A stretch of DNA of 64,000 nucleotides. Source: Acidimicrobiia bacterium. Lineage in GTDB: Bacteria; Actinomycetota; Acidimicrobiia; Spongiisociales; ZC4RG35. Numbering within the stretch: the stretch's first letter is position 1; every line of letters begins with the position of its first letter. The notes beneath the pieces were generated by a model. The model was given only the letters and a program-made list of their open reading frames with translations, had not been told where the DNA came from and searched no databases. Position numbers and translations under genes: made by a program. The stretch covers positions 593,881-657,880 of the forward strand of contig JANQOU010000006.1 of assembly GCA_028285585.1 (NCBI GenBank). Direction: 5' to 3'. Positions 48,697-57,910 of this stretch are shown here, piece by piece.

Positions 48697-50535
48697 GTGG
48701 CCGTGTCGAGAGTCATAGGTGTCGACGTCGGGGGAACGTTCACCGACGTGGTGCTGTTCGACGGTGAAGGACTGACAGAGCGAAAGGTGCCCACCACTGT
48801 CGACCAGTCGGAGGCCGTCGGCGACGCCGTAGCCGGCCAGGGGGATGCTGTGTTTCTCCATGGGACCACGGCCGCCACCAACGCGCTTCTCGAAGGACGC
48901 GGCGGCAGAGTGGCCCTGCTCACAGACCCCGGGTACGAGGATCTGCTCGAGATCGGGCGTCAGGATCGGCCCTCGCTCTACGACAGTGAGGTCGACAGGC
49001 CGGTCCCACTAGTGGCGCGGGAGGACCGGCACAGCGATCCGTTGCAGGTCGCTGATTGTGACGTCGTCGCAATCTCGCTGGTCGACTCGTATCAGGACCC
49101 TTCCCGCGAACGCGAGCTGGCTGATTCGATCCCCTTTCCGACGGTTGTCTCTTCGGACGTCTCGCCCGAGTTCCGGGAGTATGAGCGGACCGCGACCACG
49201 GTTCTGTCGGCCTATCTCACCCCGTCAGTCGCCGGGTACTTGAAGAACCTTGGAGAGCGCCTGGAGATGGGCACCCGGCTGATCATGACGTCTGGCGGCG
49301 GGCTCGTCCCGTTCGAGGGGAGCGAGGCCAGGGCAGGGAGACTGGTGCTCTCCGGCCCGGCGGGCGGGGCCGTGGCCGCAGCCGCGCTCGGCAGCCATCA
49401 CGGATTCGAGACGGTTCTCTCCTTCGATATGGGCGGCACCTCAACCGATGTGTGCCGGATCACAGGCGGCGAAGTCTCGGTCGGCACAGGGCACACCGTC
49501 GCTGGCCGGGTCAATCGCGTCCCCTCCGTGCCGGTACGGACCATCGGAGCAGGTGGCGGCTCCATCGCCTGGCGGGACAGCGGCGGAGCCCTACGTGTCG
49601 GCCCTCAGTCGGCTGGAGCCAACCCGGGGCCAGCTTGCTACGGGAAAGGCGGTGAGCAACCAACGGTCACCGACGCCAACCTGGTGGTGGGCAACATTCC
49701 CCTCGACCTCCCGTTGGGTGGGACGGTGGCATTGGATGTCGGCGCGGCCCGTGACGCCATCTCCCGGCTCGGCGATCAGCTTGGCTTGAGTGTCGAAGCG
49801 ACTGCTGCCGGGATACTCGAAGTGGTCGACAGCCATATGGAGCATGCACTTCGCTCCGTCTCGGTGGAGGAGGGGGCCGACCCTCGTGATGCAGCGCTGG
49901 TGGCTTTCGGTGGCGCCGGTGGCCTTCATGCGTCGCGTCTGGCGCGAAGTCTCGGCATGGCAACCGTCCTGGTGCCCCCGATGTCAGGGGTCTTCTCGGC
50001 TCTGGGGCTGATGATGGCTCCGCCTAAGACCGACCGTGCCCAAACCGTCATGCTGCCCGAGAGTGACGGGCATCTGGAGCCGGAGTTGGCGAAGATCCGG
50101 TCGCATGCGACGAGTGAGTACGAAGGTGTCTTCGGCGACCAGCCCTCCCGGACGACACTCACCGTCGATGTGCGGTACTACGGCCAGTCACACGAGTTGG
50201 AGGTCGGTTCCGGGACTTGGGATGAGATCCGGGCAGCGTTCGAGGCCTCACACCGACAGCGGTTCGGATTCGATCGCCCCGACGAGCCCATCGAGGTGGT
50301 CAACGTGCGTGGAACAGCAGTCGGAACGGCACCCGTCAAGTGGTCCGACTTGCCAGAGACGTCGTCAGAGCCCATTCCGGAGCGGGTCGGCTCCGCGTGG
50401 AGACGCAACACGCTCCCAGCCGGGTTCGAGGCCGACGGCCCAGGTCTCGTCGTCGACGACAACTCGGCGATCGTGCTCGAGCCAGGAGACAAACTCACCG
50501 TGCTCCAAGACGGGACGATGAGGGTGTCACTGTGA
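48697..50535 (+). CDS. hyuA: hydantoinase/oxoprolinase family protein, A (beta) subunit
   Basis: 612 aa; RVIGVDVGGTFTDVV N-terminus and DMGGTSTDV motif of hydantoinase_A. Confidence 0.85.
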   Translation: MAVSRVIGVDVGGTFTDVVLFDGEGLTERKVPTTVDQSEAVGDAVAGQGDAVFLHGTTAATNALLEGRGGRVALLTDPGYEDLLEIGRQDRPSLYDSEVDRPVPLVAREDRHSDPLQVADCDVVAISLVDSYQDPSRERELADSIPFPTVVSSDVSPEFREYERTATTVLSAYLTPSVAGYLKNLGERLEMGTRLIMTSGGGLVPFEGSEARAGRLVLSGPAGGAVAAAALGSHHGFETVLSFDMGGTSTDVCRITGGEVSVGTGHTVAGRVNRVPSVPVRTIGAGGGSIAWRDSGGALRVGPQSAGANPGPACYGKGGEQPTVTDANLVVGNIPLDLPLGGTVALDVGAARDAISRLGDQLGLSVEATAAGILEVVDSHMEHALRSVSVEEGADPRDAALVAFGGAGGLHASRLARSLGMATVLVPPMSGVFSALGLMMAPPKTDRAQTVMLPESDGHLEPELAKIRSHATSEYEGVFGDQPSRTTLTVDVRYYGQSHELEVGSGTWDEIRAAFEASHRQRFGFDRPDEPIEVVNVRGTAVGTAPVKWSDLPETSSEPIPERVGSAWRRNTLPAGFEADGPGLVVDDNSAIVLEPGDKLTVLQDGTMRVSL

Positions 50536-51233
50536 GCTCGTTCTCGGTCCAAGAAGCAGTCGAATACGTGCAGGCTGAGCTGGCCAAGGCGGCAAACCCG
50601 GAGAAGGCGGCCGGCATGCAGTGGTACATGAAGTCGGAGATGCCCTTCTACGGGGTGCAGAAGCCGGGTCAGACTCCGATCATCAGGCACGTCGTCAAGA
50701 CATGGCCACCAGAGACGAGGAAGCAGTACGAGGAGCTGGCCCTTGCCTTGTGGCGATTGCCTCATCGTGAGGAGAGGTACATCGCCCAGCGAGTCGCCGC
50801 CCGGCACCGGCAGTTCCTGGTCCCGGCGTCGATGCCGCTCTATCGCCGTTTCATAGTCGAGGGTGCCTGGTGGGACTTCGTCGACGAGGCCGCGACCCAC
50901 ATGGTGCGCGAGGTCGTGATCGACTACCCCGAGCAGGCCTGGCGCAAAGTCGACACCTGGATAGCCCACAAGAACATGTGGCTGCGCAGGGCGGCGATCA
51001 TCTGCCAGGTCGGTGCCAAGGAGAAGACCGACGTCGACCGTCTCTTCTCGTTCTGCGAGCAACGAGCTCACGAGAAGGAGTTCTTCATCAGGAAGGCGAT
51101 CGGGTGGGCGCTTCGCGAGTACTCGAAGACCGACCCTGAGGCGGTTGCCGGCTTCGTCAAAGACCACGAGGACCAGCTCTCCCGGCTCAGCTATCGGGAA
51201 GGCACCAAGCACATCGGCAATCTCCTTGATTGA
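50532..51233 (+). CDS. AlkD-like DNA alkylation repair protein (HEAT-like repeat DNA glycosylase family)
   Basis: GTG start overlapping hyuA stop (GTGA); motifs W..SEMPFYGV, FFIRKAIGWALREYSKTDPEAV, LSRLSYREGTKHI characteristic of the DNA_alkylation family; stop overlaps hyuB TTG start. Confidence 0.7.
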   Translation: MSSFSVQEAVEYVQAELAKAANPEKAAGMQWYMKSEMPFYGVQKPGQTPIIRHVVKTWPPETRKQYEELALALWRLPHREERYIAQRVAARHRQFLVPASMPLYRRFIVEGAWWDFVDEAATHMVREVVIDYPEQAWRKVDTWIAHKNMWLRRAAIICQVGAKEKTDVDRLFSFCEQRAHEKEFFIRKAIGWALREYSKTDPEAVAGFVKDHEDQLSRLSYREGTKHIGNLLD

Positions 51234-52767
51234 CCCCATCACCCTCGAGGTTGCCCGCAACCGCTTCTCGGCCATCGCCGAGGAGATGGGCGGCGTGCTC
51301 CGCCGCACCTCTTTGTCGCCGAACATCAAAGAGCGCGCCGACTGCTCGGCCGCAGTCTTCACGCCTTCAGGTGAGATGCTCGCACAGGCCGAGCACATCC
51401 CGGTCCATCTGGGCTCTATGCCCGAGTCGGTCGCCGCCTGCCTGCGCGCCTTCGAGCCGGTGCCCGGGGTGCAATATGCGGTCAACGACCCTTTCTACGG
51501 CGGCACCCACCTCAACGACCTGACCATCCTCGCTCCGGTCTTCGTCGGCGGCGACCACATCGCCTGGGTTGCCAACCGGGCCCATCATGCAGACGTCGGC
51601 GGTGAAGCACCAGGGTCGATGCCCGCCCATGCGACGAGGGTGCAGCAAGAGGGCCACATCGTCCCCCCGACGATGGCGGTACAGGACGACGAGTGGCTCG
51701 ACCAGTTCCTGGTGCCCTTCGTGGACGCGTCGCGAACACCTTGGGAGCGGCGGGGTGACCTCGACGCCCAGATGGGGGCGAACGCGGTTGCGGTGCGACG
51801 TCTCCAGGAGCTGGCCGGCTCGGAGGGCTTGGACAGGTTCTCCGCTATCTCCGAGGCTCTTCTTGGTTACGGGGAGAGCCGGATGGAGTCGGCGCTCGGC
51901 GAGCTTCCAGACGGAAAGTTCACGTTTGAGGACTACATGGAGCACGGCCCCGACGATGTGGCGATCAAGGTTGCCATCACCATTGATGGATCTTCGCTTC
52001 ACGCGGACTTCGCCGGTTCGGACCCGCAGGTGGAGGCCAACTTCAACGCCGTGGAGGCAGTGACTCGCTCCTGTCTCTACTACGCCGTCCGGGTGGCGAC
52101 CGACCCCTCCATCCCGGCCAATGGCGGGTGCTACCGCCCTATCGGTCTCTCAGCACCGGAAGGCTCGATCGTGAATGCCCAGGCACCCGCAGCGGTGGCC
52201 GCCGGCAACGTCGAGACCAGCCAGAGGATCGCCGACGTTCTCCTGGGGGCCCTCGCTCAGGCGGTGCCCGACCGGGTGTCGGCCGCATCGCAAGGGACGA
52301 TGAACAACGTGCTGATCGGCAACGATGACTTCGCCTACTACGAGACCGTGGCCGGTGGCCAGGGCGCCAGGCCTTATCGCGACGGCCAGTCGGGAATCCA
52401 CACAGGCATGACCAACACCCGAAACACCCCGATCGAAGCTCTCCACACCCACTACCCGTTCCGAGTCGAGTCCTACACCTTGCGGCGAGACAGCGGAGGT
52501 GCCGGCAAGTATCGAGGAGGCGAGGGGATCAGGCGGGAGATCCGTTTCCTGACCTCAGCAACCCTTTCGCTCATGGGTGAGCGACGACGCAATCGCCCTT
52601 GGGGGCTGGCCGGCGGAGAGCCGGGTGCTGCCGGGGAAGACTGGTTGATCCGAGGCGGTGGCGCTGAGGAGCGGCTGGCGGGCAAGACCACAGTCGACGT
52701 GGCAGAAGGTGACCTGCTGGTGGTGCTCACACCCGGCGGTGGCGGCTGGGGAAGCGAGGCTGGGTAG
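51226..52767 (+). CDS. hyuB: hydantoinase B/oxoprolinase family protein
   Basis: IDPITLEVARNRF N-terminus typical of hydantoinase_B; TTG start. Confidence 0.8.
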   Translation: MIDPITLEVARNRFSAIAEEMGGVLRRTSLSPNIKERADCSAAVFTPSGEMLAQAEHIPVHLGSMPESVAACLRAFEPVPGVQYAVNDPFYGGTHLNDLTILAPVFVGGDHIAWVANRAHHADVGGEAPGSMPAHATRVQQEGHIVPPTMAVQDDEWLDQFLVPFVDASRTPWERRGDLDAQMGANAVAVRRLQELAGSEGLDRFSAISEALLGYGESRMESALGELPDGKFTFEDYMEHGPDDVAIKVAITIDGSSLHADFAGSDPQVEANFNAVEAVTRSCLYYAVRVATDPSIPANGGCYRPIGLSAPEGSIVNAQAPAAVAAGNVETSQRIADVLLGALAQAVPDRVSAASQGTMNNVLIGNDDFAYYETVAGGQGARPYRDGQSGIHTGMTNTRNTPIEALHTHYPFRVESYTLRRDSGGAGKYRGGEGIRREIRFLTSATLSLMGERRRNRPWGLAGGEPGAAGEDWLIRGGGAEERLAGKTTVDVAEGDLLVVLTPGGGGWGSEAG

Positions 52768-52780
52768 CCTCAAGCTACCC

Positions 52781-54208
52781 ATGAGCTACCTGGAGGCATT
52801 GCGCGGCGCCCTCGGCGAGGCCAATGTGCTCGAAGAGCCGGTCGAGCTGCATCTGTTCAGCAAGGACGCCTCATTGCTGCGCGGCCAGGCCAATGTCGTC
52901 GTCTTTCCTCAGGACGCCGATCAGGTGTCCGAAGTGGTGAAGATCGCAGAAGCACACAAGGTGCCGATAGTGGCAAGGGGAGCCGGCACCGGTCTCACTG
53001 CAGGAGCCAGCCCCACCGAGGGCGGCATCGTCGTAGTCACCACCGCCATCGACTCCATCGAGATCGACCTGGAGAATCGGAGTGCCTGGGTTGGGGCCGG
53101 TGTCATCAACCTCGACCTGAGCGCGGCAGCCGCTCCGCACGGGCTCCATTTCGCCCCGGACCCCTCCTCGCAATCTGCGTGCACCATCGGCGGCAATGTC
53201 GCAAACAACTCGGGCGGGCCTCACTGCTTGGCCGAAGGAAGCACCACCAGTCATGTCCTGGGTCTCGAAGTGGTGCTCGCAGGTGGTGAGATCGTCCGGC
53301 TCGGCGGCAATGCTCCCGATCCCATCGGCCTGGACTTGAAGGGCCTGATCGTGGGCTCGGAGGGCACGCTCGGGATCGTCACCAAGGCCCTGGTCCGGCT
53401 GCTGCCGCTCGATCCCGACGTCCGCACGATGCTGCTCGCCTTCCCGACCGTCGAGAGCGCGGCGACAACCGTGTCGCAGGTCATCTCCGCCGGGATGGTG
53501 CCTGCCGCCCTCGAGCTGATGGACCAGCGGATGGTGCAAGCGGTGGAGAACTGGCTTCAAGCGGGACTCCCTGTGGACGCCGCCGCAGTGCTGCTCGCCG
53601 AGGTGGTTGGTGAGACGGAAGGTGTTGAAGCCGAGGCGGAGATCATCGCCGACCTCGGCAGGGCGAATGGCGCCACGAGTGTCGAGGTGGCGCGTGACGA
53701 GACCCATCGGGCGACTCTCTGGAAAGGCCGCAAGTCGGCGTTTGGCGCAATAGCCCAGCTTGCCCCGGACTACTACCTCCACGACGCCGTCGTGCCCCGA
53801 ACCCGGCTCGTCGAGACGATGTCAGCCGTCTACGAGATAGCCGATCGCTACGACCTCACCATGCTCAACGTCTTCCATGCCGGCGACGGAAACCTCCATC
53901 CACTGGTCGCATTCGACGCCTCGGACCCGGAGACCAACCGGAAGGTTCACGAGGCCGGTGATGAGATCGTCGCCATATGCCTGAAGAACGGTGGTGCCCT
54001 CTCCGGTGAGCACGGGATCGGTATCGAGAAGCGAGACATGATGCGCACCACTTTCACCGAGCTCGACCTCGACGCACAGGCCCGTTTGAAGGAGGCGGTC
54101 GACCCGTCCGGTGTGTTCAACCCGAGCAAGGTTCTGCCCGCTGGCTCGCGTTGCTTCGACTTCGGCGGTGTGCGCCGGAAAGAGCTTCCCGAAGGCGTTT
54201 GGGTGTGA
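52781..54208 (+). CDS. glcD: FAD-linked oxidase, glycolate oxidase subunit GlcD-like
   Basis: FAD-binding PCMH domain (VVFPQDADQVSEVVKIAEAHKVPIVARGAGTG) and C-terminal FAD-oxidase_C domain. Confidence 0.8.
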   Translation: MSYLEALRGALGEANVLEEPVELHLFSKDASLLRGQANVVVFPQDADQVSEVVKIAEAHKVPIVARGAGTGLTAGASPTEGGIVVVTTAIDSIEIDLENRSAWVGAGVINLDLSAAAAPHGLHFAPDPSSQSACTIGGNVANNSGGPHCLAEGSTTSHVLGLEVVLAGGEIVRLGGNAPDPIGLDLKGLIVGSEGTLGIVTKALVRLLPLDPDVRTMLLAFPTVESAATTVSQVISAGMVPAALELMDQRMVQAVENWLQAGLPVDAAAVLLAEVVGETEGVEAEAEIIADLGRANGATSVEVARDETHRATLWKGRKSAFGAIAQLAPDYYLHDAVVPRTRLVETMSAVYEIADRYDLTMLNVFHAGDGNLHPLVAFDASDPETNRKVHEAGDEIVAICLKNGGALSGEHGIGIEKRDMMRTTFTELDLDAQARLKEAVDPSGVFNPSKVLPAGSRCFDFGGVRRKELPEGVWV

Positions 54209-55284
54209 AAAGCCTTCCTTCTGACCTGGCGCGGCTGGCGACTGAGCCGGACACCCTCGCGCCTGAGAGCGCAGAAGATGTCTCATCCATCCTGCGTCAT
54301 GCCTCGAAGGAGGGTCTTCGAGTCCAGGTTCGCGGCGGCGGCACCCGCTCCGGCTTCGGGGCTCCACCGACGCCCGACCTGGTGATGTCGATGGAGAACC
54401 TCACCGCGGTCGAGGCATACGAGCCAGACGACCTCACCCTCGTCGTCCAAGCCGGTGCCCGTGTTGACGACGTCGAGTCGACGCTCATCGAGCACAACCA
54501 GACGGCTGTCCTGCCGGAGAGGCCTGGTGACTCGACCGTCGGCGGTGTCATCGCGTCCGGGGCATCATCGTTCAAACGCGGAAGGTTGTTTGGGACACGC
54601 GAGCGCCTTCTGGAGGCCACCGTCGTCACCGGCGACGGACGGGTCGTGCGAGGCGGTGGGCGCGTGGTGAAGAACGTCACCGGCTACGACTTGCCGCGTC
54701 TCATGGTCGGCGCCTTCGGGAGTCTCGGCGTGATCGTGTCTGTCTGTCTCAAGCTCTGGCCGGCGCCTCCTGACAGGGCAACGGTCACCGTTGACTCGCC
54801 CGAGGCGGCGGCGGAGGTCGCCAGGCCGCTGGCCGTCCTTCAGGACAACGAGTCGACTCGGGTCTACGTCTGGGGAACAGCGGCCGAGATCGAAGCCCAG
54901 ACCGCGAAGCTGGGCGGTGGGGCAGAAGCAGGCCACCACTGGCCGGCCGGTCCAGTCGACCGGTTCGGATGGTCGCTACGCGTCCCGCCGGCGAACCTGA
55001 CTGGTGCCATCGAGCGTCTTCCGACGGAATGGCGATATGTCGCGCTCCATGGCGTCGGCGAGATCCGGGCCGCATCGCCGCGCATCGACGGAGCTGCCGA
55101 CCTGAGGTCGTGGGCGGAAGATGAAGGCGGCCGATTGGTCGTCACTGATTCGCCGGAAGGTGGGCTCGACGGCTTCGACCCTTGGGGGCGGCCTCCACCC
55201 GGAATCGAGTTCCAGAAGAGACTCATCGCCGAGTTCGACCCGGCTCGGGTGATCAACCCCGGACGTCTGCCGGGAGGTCTGTGA
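54205..55284 (+). CDS. glcE: FAD-binding oxidoreductase, GlcE-like subunit
   Basis: second FAD-binding PCMH domain; GTG start overlapping glcD stop (GTGTGA). Confidence 0.7.
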   Translation: MKSLPSDLARLATEPDTLAPESAEDVSSILRHASKEGLRVQVRGGGTRSGFGAPPTPDLVMSMENLTAVEAYEPDDLTLVVQAGARVDDVESTLIEHNQTAVLPERPGDSTVGGVIASGASSFKRGRLFGTRERLLEATVVTGDGRVVRGGGRVVKNVTGYDLPRLMVGAFGSLGVIVSVCLKLWPAPPDRATVTVDSPEAAAEVARPLAVLQDNESTRVYVWGTAAEIEAQTAKLGGGAEAGHHWPAGPVDRFGWSLRVPPANLTGAIERLPTEWRYVALHGVGEIRAASPRIDGAADLRSWAEDEGGRLVVTDSPEGGLDGFDPWGRPPPGIEFQKRLIAEFDPARVINPGRLPGGL

Positions 55285-56489
55285 TGGGTTGGGTCACCAC
55301 CGAGCACCCGACGCGGGAAGAGCTGGATGCATGTGTTCAGTGTGGGCTGTGCCTTCCGGTGTGCCCCACGTTCCGGCTCACCGGCAGGGAGACAGCCTCG
55401 CCACGTGGCCGGCTCCATGCGATGTCAGCTGTTGGGGAAGGTGTGGTCGAAGTCGATGAGGTGTTCGCGGGACTGCTCGACTTTTGCTTGGGCTGCCGAG
55501 CCTGTGAGCCGGTCTGTCCTGGCTTGGTGCCCTATGGGCGGGCGTTGGAGGGTGCCCGGGCTGAGATCGCCGAGCAGGTGCCCGGCAGGAAGAGATTGAG
55601 GAGATGGCAGACGACCACGATTCTCGGGTCGAGAGCTGCCCTCAGGCTCGGATCGCTGGGGCTGAGGATCGGGCAGAAGCTCGGGTTGCTTCGGCTGACT
55701 CCCGCCCGATACCGGCGGATCACGTCCGGTCTTCGCAAGCTGGGAGGACGCGGGCAGCCAACGCTTGGCCATGCGGGTGGGTCAGGAGAGGCTGGAACCG
55801 TCGGGCTTCTCGCCGGATGTGTCCAGGACGAGTGGTTCCGACCGGTCAACCGAACCGCGGTGACTCTCCTCGAGATGGCAGGTCATCGCGTCGAGGTCCC
55901 GAGAAGCCAGACATGTTGTGGGGCCCTCGCCGCTCATGACGGGAAAGCGGGGGCGGCGCACGTCTTCGCCGGCCAGAACGAGGAAGCCTTCGAGCGCTAC
56001 GACATGGTTGTGGCGACGGCCGCCGGATGCTCCGCACACCTCGCCGGTTACGAAGGGCTTGGCAGCTCCGCCGCCGACATCACAGTTGCCGTGGCCAGGG
56101 CGATTGACGACGGCCGTCTCCCTGTCAGCGAAGTTGACCGCGGTGAGATGGTGATCCAAGACCCATGTCATCTTCGTCATGCTCAACGTGTGGTGGACGA
56201 GCCGCGCCGCATCCTCGAAGCCGCCGGGTTCCGGCCGGTGGAGATAGATCCTGTTGCGTTGTGCTGCGGTGCCGCGGGTGTTTACACGATGGCACAGCCT
56301 GAGGCCTCGGAAACTCTCGGAAACCAAAAGGCCGACCAGGTGCGTTCAAGCGGTGTGACCAGAGTCGCCTCGGCCAACCCGGGTTGCGAAATGCAGCTCC
56401 GCAGCCATCTCGGCGACGACTATGAGGTAGCGCATCCGATCGAGTGGTATCTGGCGGCGCTCGAGGAGGACGGTCGAGGGGATGACTGA
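55284..56489 (+). CDS. glcF: glycolate oxidase iron-sulfur subunit GlcF-like (2x 4Fe-4S + CCG domains)
   Basis: CVQCGLCLPVCP and CLGCRACEPVCP ferredoxin motifs plus two Cys-rich CCG domains; ATGA overlap with glcE. Confidence 0.8.
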   Translation: MGWVTTEHPTREELDACVQCGLCLPVCPTFRLTGRETASPRGRLHAMSAVGEGVVEVDEVFAGLLDFCLGCRACEPVCPGLVPYGRALEGARAEIAEQVPGRKRLRRWQTTTILGSRAALRLGSLGLRIGQKLGLLRLTPARYRRITSGLRKLGGRGQPTLGHAGGSGEAGTVGLLAGCVQDEWFRPVNRTAVTLLEMAGHRVEVPRSQTCCGALAAHDGKAGAAHVFAGQNEEAFERYDMVVATAAGCSAHLAGYEGLGSSAADITVAVARAIDDGRLPVSEVDRGEMVIQDPCHLRHAQRVVDEPRRILEAAGFRPVEIDPVALCCGAAGVYTMAQPEASETLGNQKADQVRSSGVTRVASANPGCEMQLRSHLGDDYEVAHPIEWYLAALEEDGRGDD

Positions 56490-57072
56490 GAGCACCACAC
56501 GTCGAAGAACGTTCCAGCAAGTGAAGCGTTACGCCATCCTGGCCTACGGCGCAGTCGGCACCATGCTCGACGTTGGGCTCATGGTCCTGGGTGGTTTGCT
56601 GGTGGGACTGTCTCTGGCTGTTCTGCTCGCCGGGTTTGGGCTGGTCGACATAACCACAGACCTGGCAACCGCACCCATCCTGATATCGGCGATCGTGCTC
56701 GGGGTCAGTGGCCTGTTCTGTCTCGGCGTCGCATCTGAGGGACCTTTGGGGAGAGGCCGCAGGCTCATCGGGTTCAAGCTTTGGGAGGTGGGCATCGGCA
56801 GAACGCTTGCCGTGGTAGGTGTTGGCTTCGGCCTCTTTCTTCTCTATGAGCTGGCGACAGGTTTTCTCGACGGGCTACCCGACACGTTGCACCAGGGCGC
56901 CGAGGGTATCCGGGCGGTCGGTGTGGCTGGGATGACCGTGATGCCCATCGTTGGGGTGCCGCTCTCCCTTGCCGCACGTGGGATCCCGGTCAATCCTGAC
57001 TGGCTGCGGCGGATGGATGTCCCAGTGATGTTCGTCGTCTGGGCTGTGGCCAGCCTCGTCATCCTCACCTAG
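56482..57072 (+). CDS. hypothetical polytopic membrane protein
   Basis: 196 aa, about 5 TM; overlaps glcF stop (co-transcribed). Confidence 0.5.
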   Translation: MTESTTRRRTFQQVKRYAILAYGAVGTMLDVGLMVLGGLLVGLSLAVLLAGFGLVDITTDLATAPILISAIVLGVSGLFCLGVASEGPLGRGRRLIGFKLWEVGIGRTLAVVGVGFGLFLLYELATGFLDGLPDTLHQGAEGIRAVGVAGMTVMPIVGVPLSLAARGIPVNPDWLRRMDVPVMFVVWAVASLVILT

Positions 57073-57908
57073 GTCGGCTTTTCGAACACGAGCAACCGGT
57101 CCAGGCTTGCCCCGGCTCGGATCAGCGCCTCGTCCATCCACGGCACGACCGGTGTCTTGATCGAGATCTGCTCGACGCCCAGCTCTGCTGCGAGCCTCCC
57201 CAAGGCAGCGAGCAGGCGGGGAGCCTCCTCTTTGCTCGTGGCCACCCACGACACTCTGAGTCGGGAATCGAGCGGCTCAGCGATGAGCCATCCGGCTGGG
57301 GACTGGTAGAGGTGCTGGTCTTCGATGGCTGCCCGGAGATCGCCTGGTCGCGCCTTCCTGAGCTGCCATCCGAAGGTGATCAGGCCCCGCGCCTCGTCAT
57401 GCAGATCGCCGGCAGACCAGGACATCCAGGCAACATCGGCGTCGTGGATCCCGGCAAGTCTGAGGGCGTTGCCATCGGACACGTCTCCTCTGGTTCCTGG
57501 CGAAAGCGTGGACGTCGACCATTCCGTGGTTTGGCGGAATCCAAGTGCCTCGACCTGGGTGATTGCTGCCGAATTGCCCGTCTCAGTGACCAGCCGGACC
57601 ACTCGTGCGCCGGCTGCCTTTGCCCACGCCACGCCCGCGTCGTTGAGATCGTTGCCGATTCCCATCCTCCTGAAGTCAGGATGAACCCGGGCACCTTCGA
57701 GGAAGCCCTCGGTCGGGGACAGGAGGACCGCATGCAGCAGTGCGATCGGAGTGTGGTCGACGGTGGCGACCAGAACCGCTGAGCTGTCATCTTCCAACCA
57801 TTGGGGAAGGCGATCCGGCACATAGTCGCCCCAGCTGAAAGTGTCCGCTGTCCAGGGGACGATGGCCGCGATGTCGTCGGGGTTCGCCTGTCTGATCACG
57901 TGACTCAT
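57069..57908 (-). CDS. GNAT family N-acetyltransferase
   Basis: HPDFRRMGIGNDL acetyl-CoA binding motif; start at MSHVIRQANPDD. Confidence 0.65.
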   Translation of the reverse strand: MSHVIRQANPDDIAAIVPWTADTFSWGDYVPDRLPQWLEDDSSAVLVATVDHTPIALLHAVLLSPTEGFLEGARVHPDFRRMGIGNDLNDAGVAWAKAAGARVVRLVTETGNSAAITQVEALGFRQTTEWSTSTLSPGTRGDVSDGNALRLAGIHDADVAWMSWSAGDLHDEARGLITFGWQLRKARPGDLRAAIEDQHLYQSPAGWLIAEPLDSRLRVSWVATSKEEAPRLLAALGRLAAELGVEQISIKTPVVPWMDEALIRAGASLDRLLVFEKPT

Positions 57909-57910
57909 GG

